From an uncultured Planctomycetales bacterium (lineage in GTDB: Bacteria; Omnitrophota; Gorgyraeia; Zapsychrales; JANLHA01): a stretch of 64,000 bases of DNA. Location of the stretch: positions 97,104 through 161,103 of the forward strand of contig CAYVEC010000001.1 of NCBI GenBank assembly GCA_964450385.1. Reading direction: 5' to 3'. Shown here piece after piece: positions 38,946-48,296 of this stretch. Positions within the stretch are counted from its first letter, which is position 1, and each line of letters starts with the position of its first letter. Made by a program: the position numbers and the translations under genes. Below the pieces are notes generated by a model that did no database searches, was not told the DNA's origin, and saw nothing but the letters and a program-made list of their open reading frames with translations.

Positions 38946-40001
38946 ATGCGTGATTTTATATGGTCCATGATGACGGATCAGGGATCGGGTCTGGGGGTTC
39001 GTTTCGGCCAGGCTGTGTTATGGCTGTGTTCGATCGCTTATGGGGTGATTGTTCGGGGCCTTAGGTTTTTCTATTCTTCCGGAGTCCTGCCGTCGGTTTC
39101 TTTGCCCCGACCGGTCGTGTGTGTCGGCAATCTAACGATTGGGGGATCCGGGAAGACGCCCATGGTTGAATGGCTTGCGCGAGGCCTTGCCCGGCGCGGT
39201 CTTCGGCCAGCGGTCTTGACCCGAGGATATATGCCGCATGCTCAGGCGCCCGCGACGAGCGATGAGGCTGCTGAACTCGGCGAGGCCCTGCCAGGTATCA
39301 CGATGGCGGTGAATCCGGACCGTTCGGCTGGCGCTCGCGAGGCCTTGGGACGCGGGGAAGTCGATCTTTTTATTATGGATGATGGGTTTCAGCACTGGCG
39401 GGTCCGGCGGGATTGTGATGTGGTCGTGATCGATGCGATGAGCCCCTTTGGCAATCGACATGTTCTGCCGCGGGGGATCCTGCGTGAGCCGATCGGGGCG
39501 CTTGTCCATGCAGATGTCTTTGTGATCACCCGGTCAGACTTGGCCCCTGAAGGGGCGGCTTCTGTGAGGGCCTTTTTGAAAAAGACGTATCCGGGCCGGC
39601 TGATTATGATGACCCGACATCAGCCCGTTGCGGTTCGAGACCTGTCCTCGGGTAAGGAGGTCGGTCTTGAGGTGTTGAAGGGTCAGCGGGTTTGTGCTGT
39701 GGCTTCGATCGGGAACCCGGTCGGGTTTTATCGTACGATTGAACGGTTGGGCGTCGATATTGTGGATCGATATGAGAGGCCTGACCACCATGTTTATACG
39801 GCTGCTGAGGTTGATGCCTTGTGTTCGGGGCAAGGTGACCGGATTTTTATTACTACGATGAAGGATGCGGTTAAGCTTCGCGGGATTGTGCAGGAACGCT
39901 CGGCCGGCCAGGCCGGGACGTGGTATGCGCTCAAGATCGAGATTCGGACGGATGATGGTGAAGAACTCTTTAAAAAGATCTGCGGCCTGGCGGGCCGTTA
40001 A
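38946..40001 (+). CDS. lpxK: Tetraacyldisaccharide 4'-kinase
   Basis: ...VVCVGNLTIGGSGKTPMVEWLARGL... P-loop and LpxK collinearity; 351 aa. Confidence 0.9.
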   Translation: MRDFIWSMMTDQGSGLGVRFGQAVLWLCSIAYGVIVRGLRFFYSSGVLPSVSLPRPVVCVGNLTIGGSGKTPMVEWLARGLARRGLRPAVLTRGYMPHAQAPATSDEAAELGEALPGITMAVNPDRSAGAREALGRGEVDLFIMDDGFQHWRVRRDCDVVVIDAMSPFGNRHVLPRGILREPIGALVHADVFVITRSDLAPEGAASVRAFLKKTYPGRLIMMTRHQPVAVRDLSSGKEVGLEVLKGQRVCAVASIGNPVGFYRTIERLGVDIVDRYERPDHHVYTAAEVDALCSGQGDRIFITTMKDAVKLRGIVQERSAGQAGTWYALKIEIRTDDGEELFKKICGLAGR

Positions 40002-41943
40002 TGCTGCGGGCGGGTGCCTTCGGGCGCTGCCGTATGCCTGGGCCTGCCGGCTGGGGGCTGTTGCAGGGTATTTGATGTATTTGGTCGACGTCAGGCATCG
40101 GCGTCAGGTGTATCAGAATCTGAAGATCGCCTTTGGCCCGACAGCGTCGCGGCAGTCGCTTGCGCGTTGGACGCGTCAGTTTTTTATTCATTTTGGGATG
40201 AACATCGCGGAGTTCCTCTGTCTTCCATCGATGACCCCTGAGCGGGTTCAGACGTTGGTGACGGTGGAGCGGGGCGACCTGGTCGATGCCGCCGTGGCCC
40301 AGGGCAAGGGGCTCATTTTTTTGACGATGCATAACGGGAATTGGGAGATCCTCAGCCTGCGCGGCCGGTTAATGGTCGGCGATTACAACGTGATTTATAA
40401 GACGCAGAACCGGGATCGGGTCTTTGATTCGCTGATCTATGAGTATCGAATGCAGGCGCATATGGCCTGCGGCGGGGTCACTTTGTTTGAGCGGGGTGAG
40501 GGCGCGCGTGACCTCATGAGAGCTCTCCGGGATCGTGGGACGGTTGGTATTGTTTTTGATCAAGGAGGGAAGGAAGGGACGCCGGTTCATTTTTTCGGCC
40601 GTGAGGCGCGTTTTGCCGCGGGTGCCGTTCGATTGGCCTTGGCCACGGGCGCCCCGTTGTGTTTGGCAGCGATTCATCGTCAGGACGGCACGGGGCATCA
40701 TTGCATGACCGTGAAAAAGGTGATCTCGTGCGTCGCGAGCGGAGACCGTGACGCGGACGTCGCCCGGTACCTTCAGGAATGTGTGGCCTCGTATGAAGAG
40801 GAGATCCGCGCCTATCCGCAGGAATATATGTGGATGTATAAGATCTGGCGCTTTGATCCAGGGCGCCGGGTCCTGATCCTTGATGACGGCCGGACCGGGC
40901 ATCTCCGCCAGTCGGAGGCCGTGGCGGATCAGGTCCGGCGCCGTTTTGCCGAGCTGGGTTATCGCACAACGATCGAGGTGACCAAGGTCCCATATCATTT
41001 CCCTATCTTTCGGTTTATCGCGAATCTCTTGGGGCTTGTGGGCTGGGTTCTGCCCCGTTCGGTCTCGGGGATGTTTCTCTCTTGGCTTGTGAGCGACGAG
41101 GTGTTTAACGCTGTTTTTTCTCGACCGGCGGATGTGATCATTTCCTGCGGGTCGATGACCGGGGCGGTGAATTTGCTCCTGAGCCGTGAACATGAGGCGA
41201 TCAATATCGGGATCCTGCGTCAGGGGATATTGCCCGGTGGGTTCTTTAGCGCACTTGTCCTGCCCCAGCATGACTGCCCCGCAGCTCGTCGAGGGGTCAT
41301 CGTGACGCGCGGGGCGCCCAATTCGATCAATGCCGAATATCTCGCGGCCCAGGGGGAGGGGCTGCTCACCCGTTTTTCTCACTTAAGGGGGCACCACAAA
41401 TATCGGATCGGGATCCTTTTGGGGGGGGACACAAAAGAATATTCCCTTGACGAGGGATTGGTCCGGGCGGTGATCCATCAGGTCCAGGAGGTCGCGCGTG
41501 AGATCGATGCCGAGATCCTGATCACGACCTCGCGGCGGACATCGTCCGCGGTGGAGCGGGTCGTGCTGGCGGCGTGTAAGAACGATCCGCGGTGCGCGCT
41601 TGTCATCATCGCGAATAAAAAGAATGTGCCGGAGGCGATGGGGGGGATCTTGGCGCTCTCGGACCTCGTCGTAGTGTCGAGCGACAGTATCTCGATGGTC
41701 TCGGAGGCGGCCTCCTCTGGAAAAAAGACGGTCGTCTTTTCGGTTCAGCCGCATGAGCCGGGCCGGCCGCGGAACAAGCATCATGCTTTTGTCGACGGCC
41801 TGAACGCCGAGGGGTATGTTCTGTCATCGGATGCCCAGAACATGGCGGCCTCGATCTATAATTTGGTCAAAGAAAAGATCTCTCTGAAGACCCTCGATGA
41901 TCATGAGCGGATTTATCAGGGGTTACGGGAGATCGTGAGGTAA
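39952..41943 (+). CDS. Fusion protein: lipid A biosynthesis lauroyl/myristoyl acyltransferase (LpxL/HtrB-like) + ELM1/DUF1022 predicted glycosyltransferase domain
   Basis: The N-terminal about 300 aa carry the LPLAT/LpxL motif ...LIFLTMHNGNWEIL... (H-x4-[DE]). The C-terminal about 350 aa start ...VLILDDGRTGHLRQSEAVADQV..., typical of ELM1/DUF1022 proteins often encoded next to kdtA. The start is uncertain: the MM at 39952 was chosen, giving a 50-nt overlap with lpxK, while the listed ORF starts at 39865. Confidence 0.7.
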   Translation: MMVKNSLKRSAAWRAVNAAGGCLRALPYAWACRLGAVAGYLMYLVDVRHRRQVYQNLKIAFGPTASRQSLARWTRQFFIHFGMNIAEFLCLPSMTPERVQTLVTVERGDLVDAAVAQGKGLIFLTMHNGNWEILSLRGRLMVGDYNVIYKTQNRDRVFDSLIYEYRMQAHMACGGVTLFERGEGARDLMRALRDRGTVGIVFDQGGKEGTPVHFFGREARFAAGAVRLALATGAPLCLAAIHRQDGTGHHCMTVKKVISCVASGDRDADVARYLQECVASYEEEIRAYPQEYMWMYKIWRFDPGRRVLILDDGRTGHLRQSEAVADQVRRRFAELGYRTTIEVTKVPYHFPIFRFIANLLGLVGWVLPRSVSGMFLSWLVSDEVFNAVFSRPADVIISCGSMTGAVNLLLSREHEAINIGILRQGILPGGFFSALVLPQHDCPAARRGVIVTRGAPNSINAEYLAAQGEGLLTRFSHLRGHHKYRIGILLGGDTKEYSLDEGLVRAVIHQVQEVAREIDAEILITTSRRTSSAVERVVLAACKNDPRCALVIIANKKNVPEAMGGILALSDLVVVSSDSISMVSEAASSGKKTVVFSVQPHEPGRPRNKHHAFVDGLNAEGYVLSSDAQNMAASIYNLVKEKISLKTLDDHERIYQGLREIVR

Positions 41944-41949
41944 TTATTT

Positions 41950-44064
41950 ATGCGCGTGATGCAGATTTTGCCAGAACTTCAGGTGGGCGGGGTCGAGACC
42001 GGGACGGTTGATTTTGCCAAATACCTTCAGCGTCACGGCCATTATAACATTGTCGTTTCGCACGGAGGACGGATGGTCGCGGAGCTCGAGCGGCACGGGA
42101 TCCCGCATTATACCCTGCCGGTTCATAAAAAAAATCTGTTCACGGCGTGGAAGGCGGTCTCCGATGTCCGCGCCTTGATCATCCGGGAGCGGATCGATAT
42201 TGTGCATGCGCGCTCGCGGGTGCCGGCCTGGATCGCCTATTTCGCCTGCCGCGGGACATCCGCCCAATTTATCACGACCTGTCACGGCCATTATTCGGTT
42301 CAGTTCTTTTCGCGGGTGATGGGCTTCCCGAAGCTGATCATTGTGCCGAGCCGCGTCATCGGGCGGCATATGATCGATGCGTTCCATGTCGCGCCAGAGG
42401 CGGTCCGGTGCATTCCGCGCAGTGTCGATCAGAATCGTTTTAAACGGCGGGAGCAGGAGGCCCTCAATCGGTCGTATGCCGTGGTCACGATCGTCGGGCG
42501 GCTGTCGCCTATTAAAGGGCATACGTATTTTCTCAAGGCCATGGCGAAGGTTGTTCGGTCCATGCCCTATGTTCGTGTCCGGATCGTTGGGGATGTGGCG
42601 CCTCACAAAGAGTCGTACCGCCAGGAATTGGAGGTCCTGACCCGGCACCTCGGACTGGTGGCGCAGGTTGAATTTCTCGGTGACCGTCAGGATGTCCCGG
42701 AGATCCTTGCCGAGAGCGATGTCCTTGTCATGGCTTCGGTCGTGCCGGAGGCCTTCGGCCGCGTGATCCTTGAGGCCCAGGCCGTCGGTGTCCCGGTGGT
42801 CGCCACGGATGTGGGCGGGGTGGGGGAGGTTATTGAGCACGGCAAGACGGGTCTGTTGGTCCTGCCGCGCGATACGGACGCTATGGCCCAGGCTGTTTTG
42901 CGGATACTCAATGAACCGAAACTGGCCCGCGAGATGGTGGCCGCGGCATGGCGAAAGATCGATGATCAGTACACGCTTGAGCATATGGCCAGCCGGACCG
43001 TCGGGGTTTATGAGGAGCTGCTGAATCGGCAGAATATCTTGGTTATTAAACTCGGGGCCCTGGGGGATGTCGTGTTGATTACGGCATCGTTAAAGGCCTT
43101 GCGAAAGAAATTTCCGCAGGCGAAGATATCCTGCCTTGTCGGGGAGGCCTCGAAGGAGGTTCTTCAGAAGTGCGCTTCGATCGATGAGATGATCGTGGTG
43201 GATTTGAAGGGCCGGCATCGGGGGTGGCTTGGCGTGATTGCGATGGGCCGGCGCCTGGCTCAATGTCATTTTGACCGGGTTGTGGATTTTCAAAATAATG
43301 CCCGAAGTCATGTCCTGGCGGCCCTCACCGGTGCGGTCCATACCTATGGGTTCCGCAATCGCAAGCTCGGTTTTTTGTTGACCGATCCGGTTGAACAGGT
43401 CAATGATGATCTGCCGCCGGTTGAGCATCAGTTTCAGATTCTCAAATTATTGGGGATTGAGTATCAGGATGAGGTCGCCCTTGATGTCTCGATCTCTGAG
43501 CGAGATCGGAAGCGGGCCCAGGAGCTTCTCGCCGCGGAATGGATCACCGACGGGGTGCGGATGGTCGGGATGAATGTTGCAGCCTCGCCGCAATGGGTGA
43601 CGAAAAATTGGCCCGCGGCGTCGATGGCGCGGCTGTGCGATCTGTTGGCCTCGCGGAATCTTCGCGTGGCCTTGACGGGAACCGACAAAGACCGGGCAAC
43701 GGCCCAGGAGGTCCTTCGGTTGAGCCGGAGTAAACCCGCGGATCTGACCGGAAAGACAACGATCATGGAATTGTGCTGGATCATCAAGCGGTGTGAGGCC
43801 TATGTCTCTCCTGATTCCTGTCCGCTCCATCTCGCGGCCGCGATGCGAACACCGTTTGTCGCGTTATTTGGTCCGACATCATCACGGCGTCATCTGCCGC
43901 CGGGGCGGGGGGTTGTTCATGAGCGGTCAATGGCCTGCGCCCCATGCTATGAAAAATTTTGTAAGGAGGCGACGCATGCCTGTATGACGTCGATCTCGCC
44001 CGAAGAGGTCGCGGACTCGATCTATTCGTTTGTATCAAAGGAACACGGAAGAGGGGAGGCATGA
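41950..44064 (+). CDS. Bifunctional glycosyltransferase: N-terminal GT4 (GT-B, family 1 fold) domain fused to C-terminal GT9 heptosyltransferase-like domain
   Basis: Residues 1-350 have the GT4 E-x7-E region ...EAFGRVILEAQAVGVPVVATDVGGVGEVIEHGKTGLL.... Residues from about 360 start ...ILVIKLGALGDVVLITASLKALRKKFPQAKISC..., the GT9 (WaaC/WaaF) N-terminal signature. Confidence 0.8.
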   Translation: MRVMQILPELQVGGVETGTVDFAKYLQRHGHYNIVVSHGGRMVAELERHGIPHYTLPVHKKNLFTAWKAVSDVRALIIRERIDIVHARSRVPAWIAYFACRGTSAQFITTCHGHYSVQFFSRVMGFPKLIIVPSRVIGRHMIDAFHVAPEAVRCIPRSVDQNRFKRREQEALNRSYAVVTIVGRLSPIKGHTYFLKAMAKVVRSMPYVRVRIVGDVAPHKESYRQELEVLTRHLGLVAQVEFLGDRQDVPEILAESDVLVMASVVPEAFGRVILEAQAVGVPVVATDVGGVGEVIEHGKTGLLVLPRDTDAMAQAVLRILNEPKLAREMVAAAWRKIDDQYTLEHMASRTVGVYEELLNRQNILVIKLGALGDVVLITASLKALRKKFPQAKISCLVGEASKEVLQKCASIDEMIVVDLKGRHRGWLGVIAMGRRLAQCHFDRVVDFQNNARSHVLAALTGAVHTYGFRNRKLGFLLTDPVEQVNDDLPPVEHQFQILKLLGIEYQDEVALDVSISERDRKRAQELLAAEWITDGVRMVGMNVAASPQWVTKNWPAASMARLCDLLASRNLRVALTGTDKDRATAQEVLRLSRSKPADLTGKTTIMELCWIIKRCEAYVSPDSCPLHLAAAMRTPFVALFGPTSSRRHLPPGRGVVHERSMACAPCYEKFCKEATHACMTSISPEEVADSIYSFVSKEHGRGEA

Positions 44065-44068
44065 TTCG

Positions 44069-45175
44069 ATGAGAGTCTTGCTTGTGGCGAACCATTTTAA
44101 TATTGGAGGGATTGCCTCATATGTGAGCACTCTCGCGAAGAGGCTCTCGGAGAGGAATCATTATGTGTGTGTGGCCTCGAGCGGCGGGAGTCTCGAATCC
44201 CGTCTTCAGGCCTACGGCATCCCTCATGTCCAGGTCAGGGTCAAGACAAAGTCCGAGGTTTCACTGACGGCCTTTGCCGCGGTGCCCATCCTGCGTCGGC
44301 TGATGCGGGAGCAAAAGATCGATATCGTTCATTCGCATACCCGGGTGACCGATGTCGTCGCATCAATAGCGCGGCTCGGGCTTCCGGTCGAGCATGTGGA
44401 GACCTTCCATGGGTTTTATAAACGCCGGTTGGGACGGCGCTTGTTCCCTTGCATTGGATCAGCGGTGATCGCGATCAGTCCTCCTGTTCAGGAGCATCTG
44501 ATCGTGGACCATCATGTGCCGGCCGAGAAGATCGTGCTGATTCCAAACGGCATTGATGAGCAGCGTTTCATTCCCGTGGCCGCGCAGGATCGGTTGCGGA
44601 TCCGTCGGTCGCTCGGTCTTCCTGACGGGAAGATTATTGGTATGGTCTCACGGTTCTCCCGGATCAAAGGGCATCATGTCGCGATTGAGGCCTTGCCGCA
44701 GATCCTTCGCTCGGTGCCGGACGCACACCTTGTGTTCGTCGGTGATGGCGTTAAGCGTGGCGAGGTGGAAGACCTCGTGGCCGCGAAGGGGTTGACGGAC
44801 CGGATTCATTGCCTCGGTCAAGGGGTGTGGACTCATGAGTTTTATGCGGCCGTGGATTGCTATATCATGCCCTCGCTTCAGGAGGGACTTGGCCTGGCGC
44901 TGATGGAGGCCCAGTCCGCTGGCGCTCCGGTCGTTGGATCGCGGACCGGCGGGATCTTATCGCTCATCAAGGACGGCGTCACCGGGCTCCTTGTGACACC
45001 CGGGGATCCGCTTGATTTGGCACGGGCGGTCGTGAGGGTACTTCAGGATCCGGTCTTTGCCGCCGAGTTGGGCCGAGAGGCCCGGCGGTTCATTGAACGC
45101 GAGGGGACAGCGACCCGGATGACGGAACAGATCCTGGCGGTTTATGAACGGGTCTTGGCGGAAAGGCGGTCGTGA
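44069..45175 (+). CDS. Glycosyltransferase family 4 (GT-B)
   Basis: MRVLLVANHFNIGGIASYV... and the C-terminal ...EGLGLALMEAQSAGAPVVGSRTGGI...DGVTGLLV... motif match GT4. ATG at 44069 follows gaggggagg. Confidence 0.8.
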   Translation: MRVLLVANHFNIGGIASYVSTLAKRLSERNHYVCVASSGGSLESRLQAYGIPHVQVRVKTKSEVSLTAFAAVPILRRLMREQKIDIVHSHTRVTDVVASIARLGLPVEHVETFHGFYKRRLGRRLFPCIGSAVIAISPPVQEHLIVDHHVPAEKIVLIPNGIDEQRFIPVAAQDRLRIRRSLGLPDGKIIGMVSRFSRIKGHHVAIEALPQILRSVPDAHLVFVGDGVKRGEVEDLVAAKGLTDRIHCLGQGVWTHEFYAAVDCYIMPSLQEGLGLALMEAQSAGAPVVGSRTGGILSLIKDGVTGLLVTPGDPLDLARAVVRVLQDPVFAAELGREARRFIEREGTATRMTEQILAVYERVLAERRS

Positions 45176-46206
45176 TGCAGAGGCTCTTGGTGGTCAATGT
45201 CAATTGGATCGGTGATGTTGTTATGACGACGCCGGTCTTTCGGGCGTTGCGCCGCGAGTTTCCTTCGGCCTGGATCGCCTGCCTGGCGATGCCTCGGGTC
45301 ATCCCCGTCTTAGAATGTTGTCCTGAGATCGATGAGATCATCGTGAATGATGAGGAGGGCCGGCATCATGGGATCATCGGCATGGGGCGGCTTGTCCTGG
45401 CCGTACGGAAGAAACGTTTCGATGCGGTTTTTTTGCTTCATCGTTCCCGCACGCGCGCGGCGTTGATGTTCTTGGCAGGGATCCCGGTCCGGGTCGGTTA
45501 CAATGTTAAGCGCCTGGGCCCGCTCTTGACCCATGTGGTTGATCCCCTCGCTGGGGATGGTCATAAACGCGATCATTATTGTCAGGTTCTTGAATCGTTC
45601 GGCATTCCGGTTCCGGACCGGGTTACCCAGCTTGTCGTTCCGGAAAAAGAGCGCTCGGAGATCGCCTCGATCCTGCGGGCCCGAGGTATCGGCGAGGATG
45701 AGTCGGTCGTGGTCCTTCACGTTGGCGCGAATTGGGAGCTTAAACGCTGGCCGACCGAGCATGTGGTCCGCCTGATCCGACTGCTTCAAGGACGGACACG
45801 GATGAAGATTATTTTAAGCGGGGGAAAGGCGGACGAGGCGCTGGCCCGTTCGATCCTGGCCGGACTGAATGGAGGGGTCGTGTCGTTCACCGGCCAGTTG
45901 AGCCTCCGTCAGCTTGTTGCCTTGCTCGGCCGGGCCGCGGTTGTGGTCTCGGGTGATTCAGGACCCATGCATATCGCAAGCAGTGTGGGGGCCAACGTCG
46001 TTGCTGTCTTTGGTCCGACGAGTCCCGAGCATTCTGGGCCCTGCGGCCCGGGTGCGCACCAGGTCCTGCGGCACCAGTTTGAATGCAACCGCTATCCGTG
46101 TTATGAGGTGACCTGTGATCATCACCGCTGCATGCGTGATGTGACCCCGGATGAGGTTTGTGAGGCGGTGGTTCGGATGATCTCGATCGGGGAGGGGGGG
46201 CGATGA
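45172..46206 (+). CDS. ADP-heptose:LPS heptosyltransferase (GT9)
   Basis: ...LLVVNVNWIGDVVMTTPVFRALRREFP... is the GT9 signature. The start overlaps the upstream stop. Confidence 0.85.
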   Translation: MMQRLLVVNVNWIGDVVMTTPVFRALRREFPSAWIACLAMPRVIPVLECCPEIDEIIVNDEEGRHHGIIGMGRLVLAVRKKRFDAVFLLHRSRTRAALMFLAGIPVRVGYNVKRLGPLLTHVVDPLAGDGHKRDHYCQVLESFGIPVPDRVTQLVVPEKERSEIASILRARGIGEDESVVVLHVGANWELKRWPTEHVVRLIRLLQGRTRMKIILSGGKADEALARSILAGLNGGVVSFTGQLSLRQLVALLGRAAVVVSGDSGPMHIASSVGANVVAVFGPTSPEHSGPCGPGAHQVLRHQFECNRYPCYEVTCDHHRCMRDVTPDEVCEAVVRMISIGEGGR

Positions 46207-47213
46207 GACGGGTGAATCCTGCGAGGGTAAAAAAGATTCTGCTCATTACCTTGAGTAATCTCGGCGATGTTGTGTTGACCTTTCCTGTGCTCGATATCCT
46301 TTTGCGTGATTTTCCTCAGGCCGAGATCTCGGTCGTGTTGGGACCAAAAACAAAGGGACTGCTGATTGATCACCCTCGGATCAAAAATATTTATATTTAT
46401 CACAAGCATGATTCGTGGGGGCAAAAGTTCCGGTGGGCCCTTGAACTGCGAAAGGTCGGTTTTGATTTTGTTGTTGACCTTCGGCATGGCGTCTTGCCAC
46501 TCCTGATCGGCGCGCGTTATATGACCCCGTTGATCCGTCGGCGTGGCGAGGGTCATATGAAAGAGAAGCATCTGGCCTGTCTCTTGCAGATTCATCCTGT
46601 TCAACCCGCGGAAGATTGCGGGGCGCTTTTTATTTCGGATGGGGACCGGGCACAGGTGCGGCAATATCTTGCCGGCATTATCACAGCTCAGGATCGGTAT
46701 CTGGTCATCGCCCCTGGGGCTGCCGATCATCGCAAACGTTGGACTGAGGAGGGTTTTGCTGAGGTCGCGGACTGGGTGGTCCAGCAGTACGGATTAAAAG
46801 TCGTTTTTGTTGGTCTTTCTGAGGAGACCGTCCTCATTGAACGGATCCAGGCGCGGATGCGGATGACCTCACTGAATCTGGCTGGCCGTTTGAGCCTGAT
46901 TCAAGTGGCATGTCTGCTGCAGCAGGCCTCGCTCGCCGTGATGAATGACAGCGGGCTCATGCATCTCTCGAGCTATCTTGATGTCCCGACGGTCGCGGTG
47001 TTCGGCCCGACCGACCCGGCACGGGTTTTTCCCTGGGCCTCGCGCGCGGCTTTCGTGCGCTGTCATGAAGCATGTGCGGCCTGCACCGCTGGAGATCGAA
47101 CAAGTTTTGAACACACGTGCATGGCTGCGGCATCCGGGGCCATCGTGAAACAGCGGGTTGATGAGATATTACAGGGCACGATGAAAGGGCGCGATGCAGG
47201 GCAACGGGGTTGA
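46203..47213 (+). CDS. ADP-heptose:LPS heptosyltransferase (GT9)
   Basis: ...ILLITLSNLGDVVLTFPVLDILLRDFP... is the GT9 signature. 4-nt overlap with the upstream gene. Confidence 0.85.
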   Translation: MRRVNPARVKKILLITLSNLGDVVLTFPVLDILLRDFPQAEISVVLGPKTKGLLIDHPRIKNIYIYHKHDSWGQKFRWALELRKVGFDFVVDLRHGVLPLLIGARYMTPLIRRRGEGHMKEKHLACLLQIHPVQPAEDCGALFISDGDRAQVRQYLAGIITAQDRYLVIAPGAADHRKRWTEEGFAEVADWVVQQYGLKVVFVGLSEETVLIERIQARMRMTSLNLAGRLSLIQVACLLQQASLAVMNDSGLMHLSSYLDVPTVAVFGPTDPARVFPWASRAAFVRCHEACAACTAGDRTSFEHTCMAAASGAIVKQRVDEILQGTMKGRDAGQRG

Positions 47214-48249
47214 ACCGAGACAAATTTTGGTGGTGCGGACGGACCGTATTGGGGACGTGGTCTTGACGACCCCTGCCTTGCGGCGATTGCGCGCGCGTTT
47301 CCCGGAGGCCTGGATTGCGATTTTGGTCTCGCCGGTCACGACGGATCTCTTGAAAGGCAATCCTGACGTTGACAAGGTTCTAGTCGATGACCGACGGGGC
47401 CGTCACCGTGGGCTCATTGGGTTTTGCCGTCTTGTCACCGAGCTTCGGCGGTTCCGATTTGATCTAGCGATTAATCTTCATACGAAACGGCGTTCGAATC
47501 TATTGCTCTTTTGTTCGGGGATCCCGCGCCGGATTGGATACCGGAACGAGAAGTGGGGTCATTTGCTGACTGAGCCGCTTCTTGACCAGCGGACCCAGGG
47601 ACTGCGTCATGAGGCGCAGTATTGTGTCGATGCCCTGAGACCGCTCGGGGTCGCGGTCGATGGGCCTCTGGTGCCTCGGATTGAGGTTGATGACGCGGAC
47701 CGGCAATGGGCGGCAGAGAGGGTGCGCGAATGGGGTCTCACGCCGGGAGACCGGATTATCGCGATCCACGCCGGCTCAAGCTGTCCGACTAAGTGTTGGC
47801 CCCTGGAAAATTTTGCCGAGCTGATGGAGGATGTCGCGCGACGCTATCAGACGGTCTTTGTGCTTGTCGGCGAGCAGGTGGAGTCGGGTTCACGAGACCC
47901 TTTATCCGGTCTTGCTGGCCGTCTCAAGGTCGTTGATCTTCGCGGTCAGACGACGCTTGGTGAATTGGCCGGTCTTTTTGCCGTTGTTCATGCCGTGATT
48001 TCAAATGATTCGGGCCCTGTCCATATCGCGGATGCCGTGGGCGCACCGGTGGTCTCAATCTTTACGCGCAATCAGCCAGGGATCAATCCTGAGCGCTGGC
48101 GGCCTCTGGGCCCGCGTTCCCACTGGGTGGCGCCGCCCTCGGATGCTTCTGTTTCGTTTGCTGACGGGAAGGTTCATGATCCCGCACAGCTTAAAAAAGT
48201 CTCGGTTCGGGATGTTTTAGCCGAGGTTGACGCTATTTTCCAAGTATGA
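47194..48249 (+). CDS. ADP-heptose:LPS heptosyltransferase (GT9)
   Basis: ...ILVVRTDRIGDVVLTTPALRRLRARFP... is the GT9 signature; 351 aa. Confidence 0.8.
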   Translation: MQGNGVEPRQILVVRTDRIGDVVLTTPALRRLRARFPEAWIAILVSPVTTDLLKGNPDVDKVLVDDRRGRHRGLIGFCRLVTELRRFRFDLAINLHTKRRSNLLLFCSGIPRRIGYRNEKWGHLLTEPLLDQRTQGLRHEAQYCVDALRPLGVAVDGPLVPRIEVDDADRQWAAERVREWGLTPGDRIIAIHAGSSCPTKCWPLENFAELMEDVARRYQTVFVLVGEQVESGSRDPLSGLAGRLKVVDLRGQTTLGELAGLFAVVHAVISNDSGPVHIADAVGAPVVSIFTRNQPGINPERWRPLGPRSHWVAPPSDASVSFADGKVHDPAQLKKVSVRDVLAEVDAIFQV

Positions 48250-48296
48250 TAGAATCAGTCCCTCTTTTCTTATTAGTAATATAAAAGGAGTGGCCG

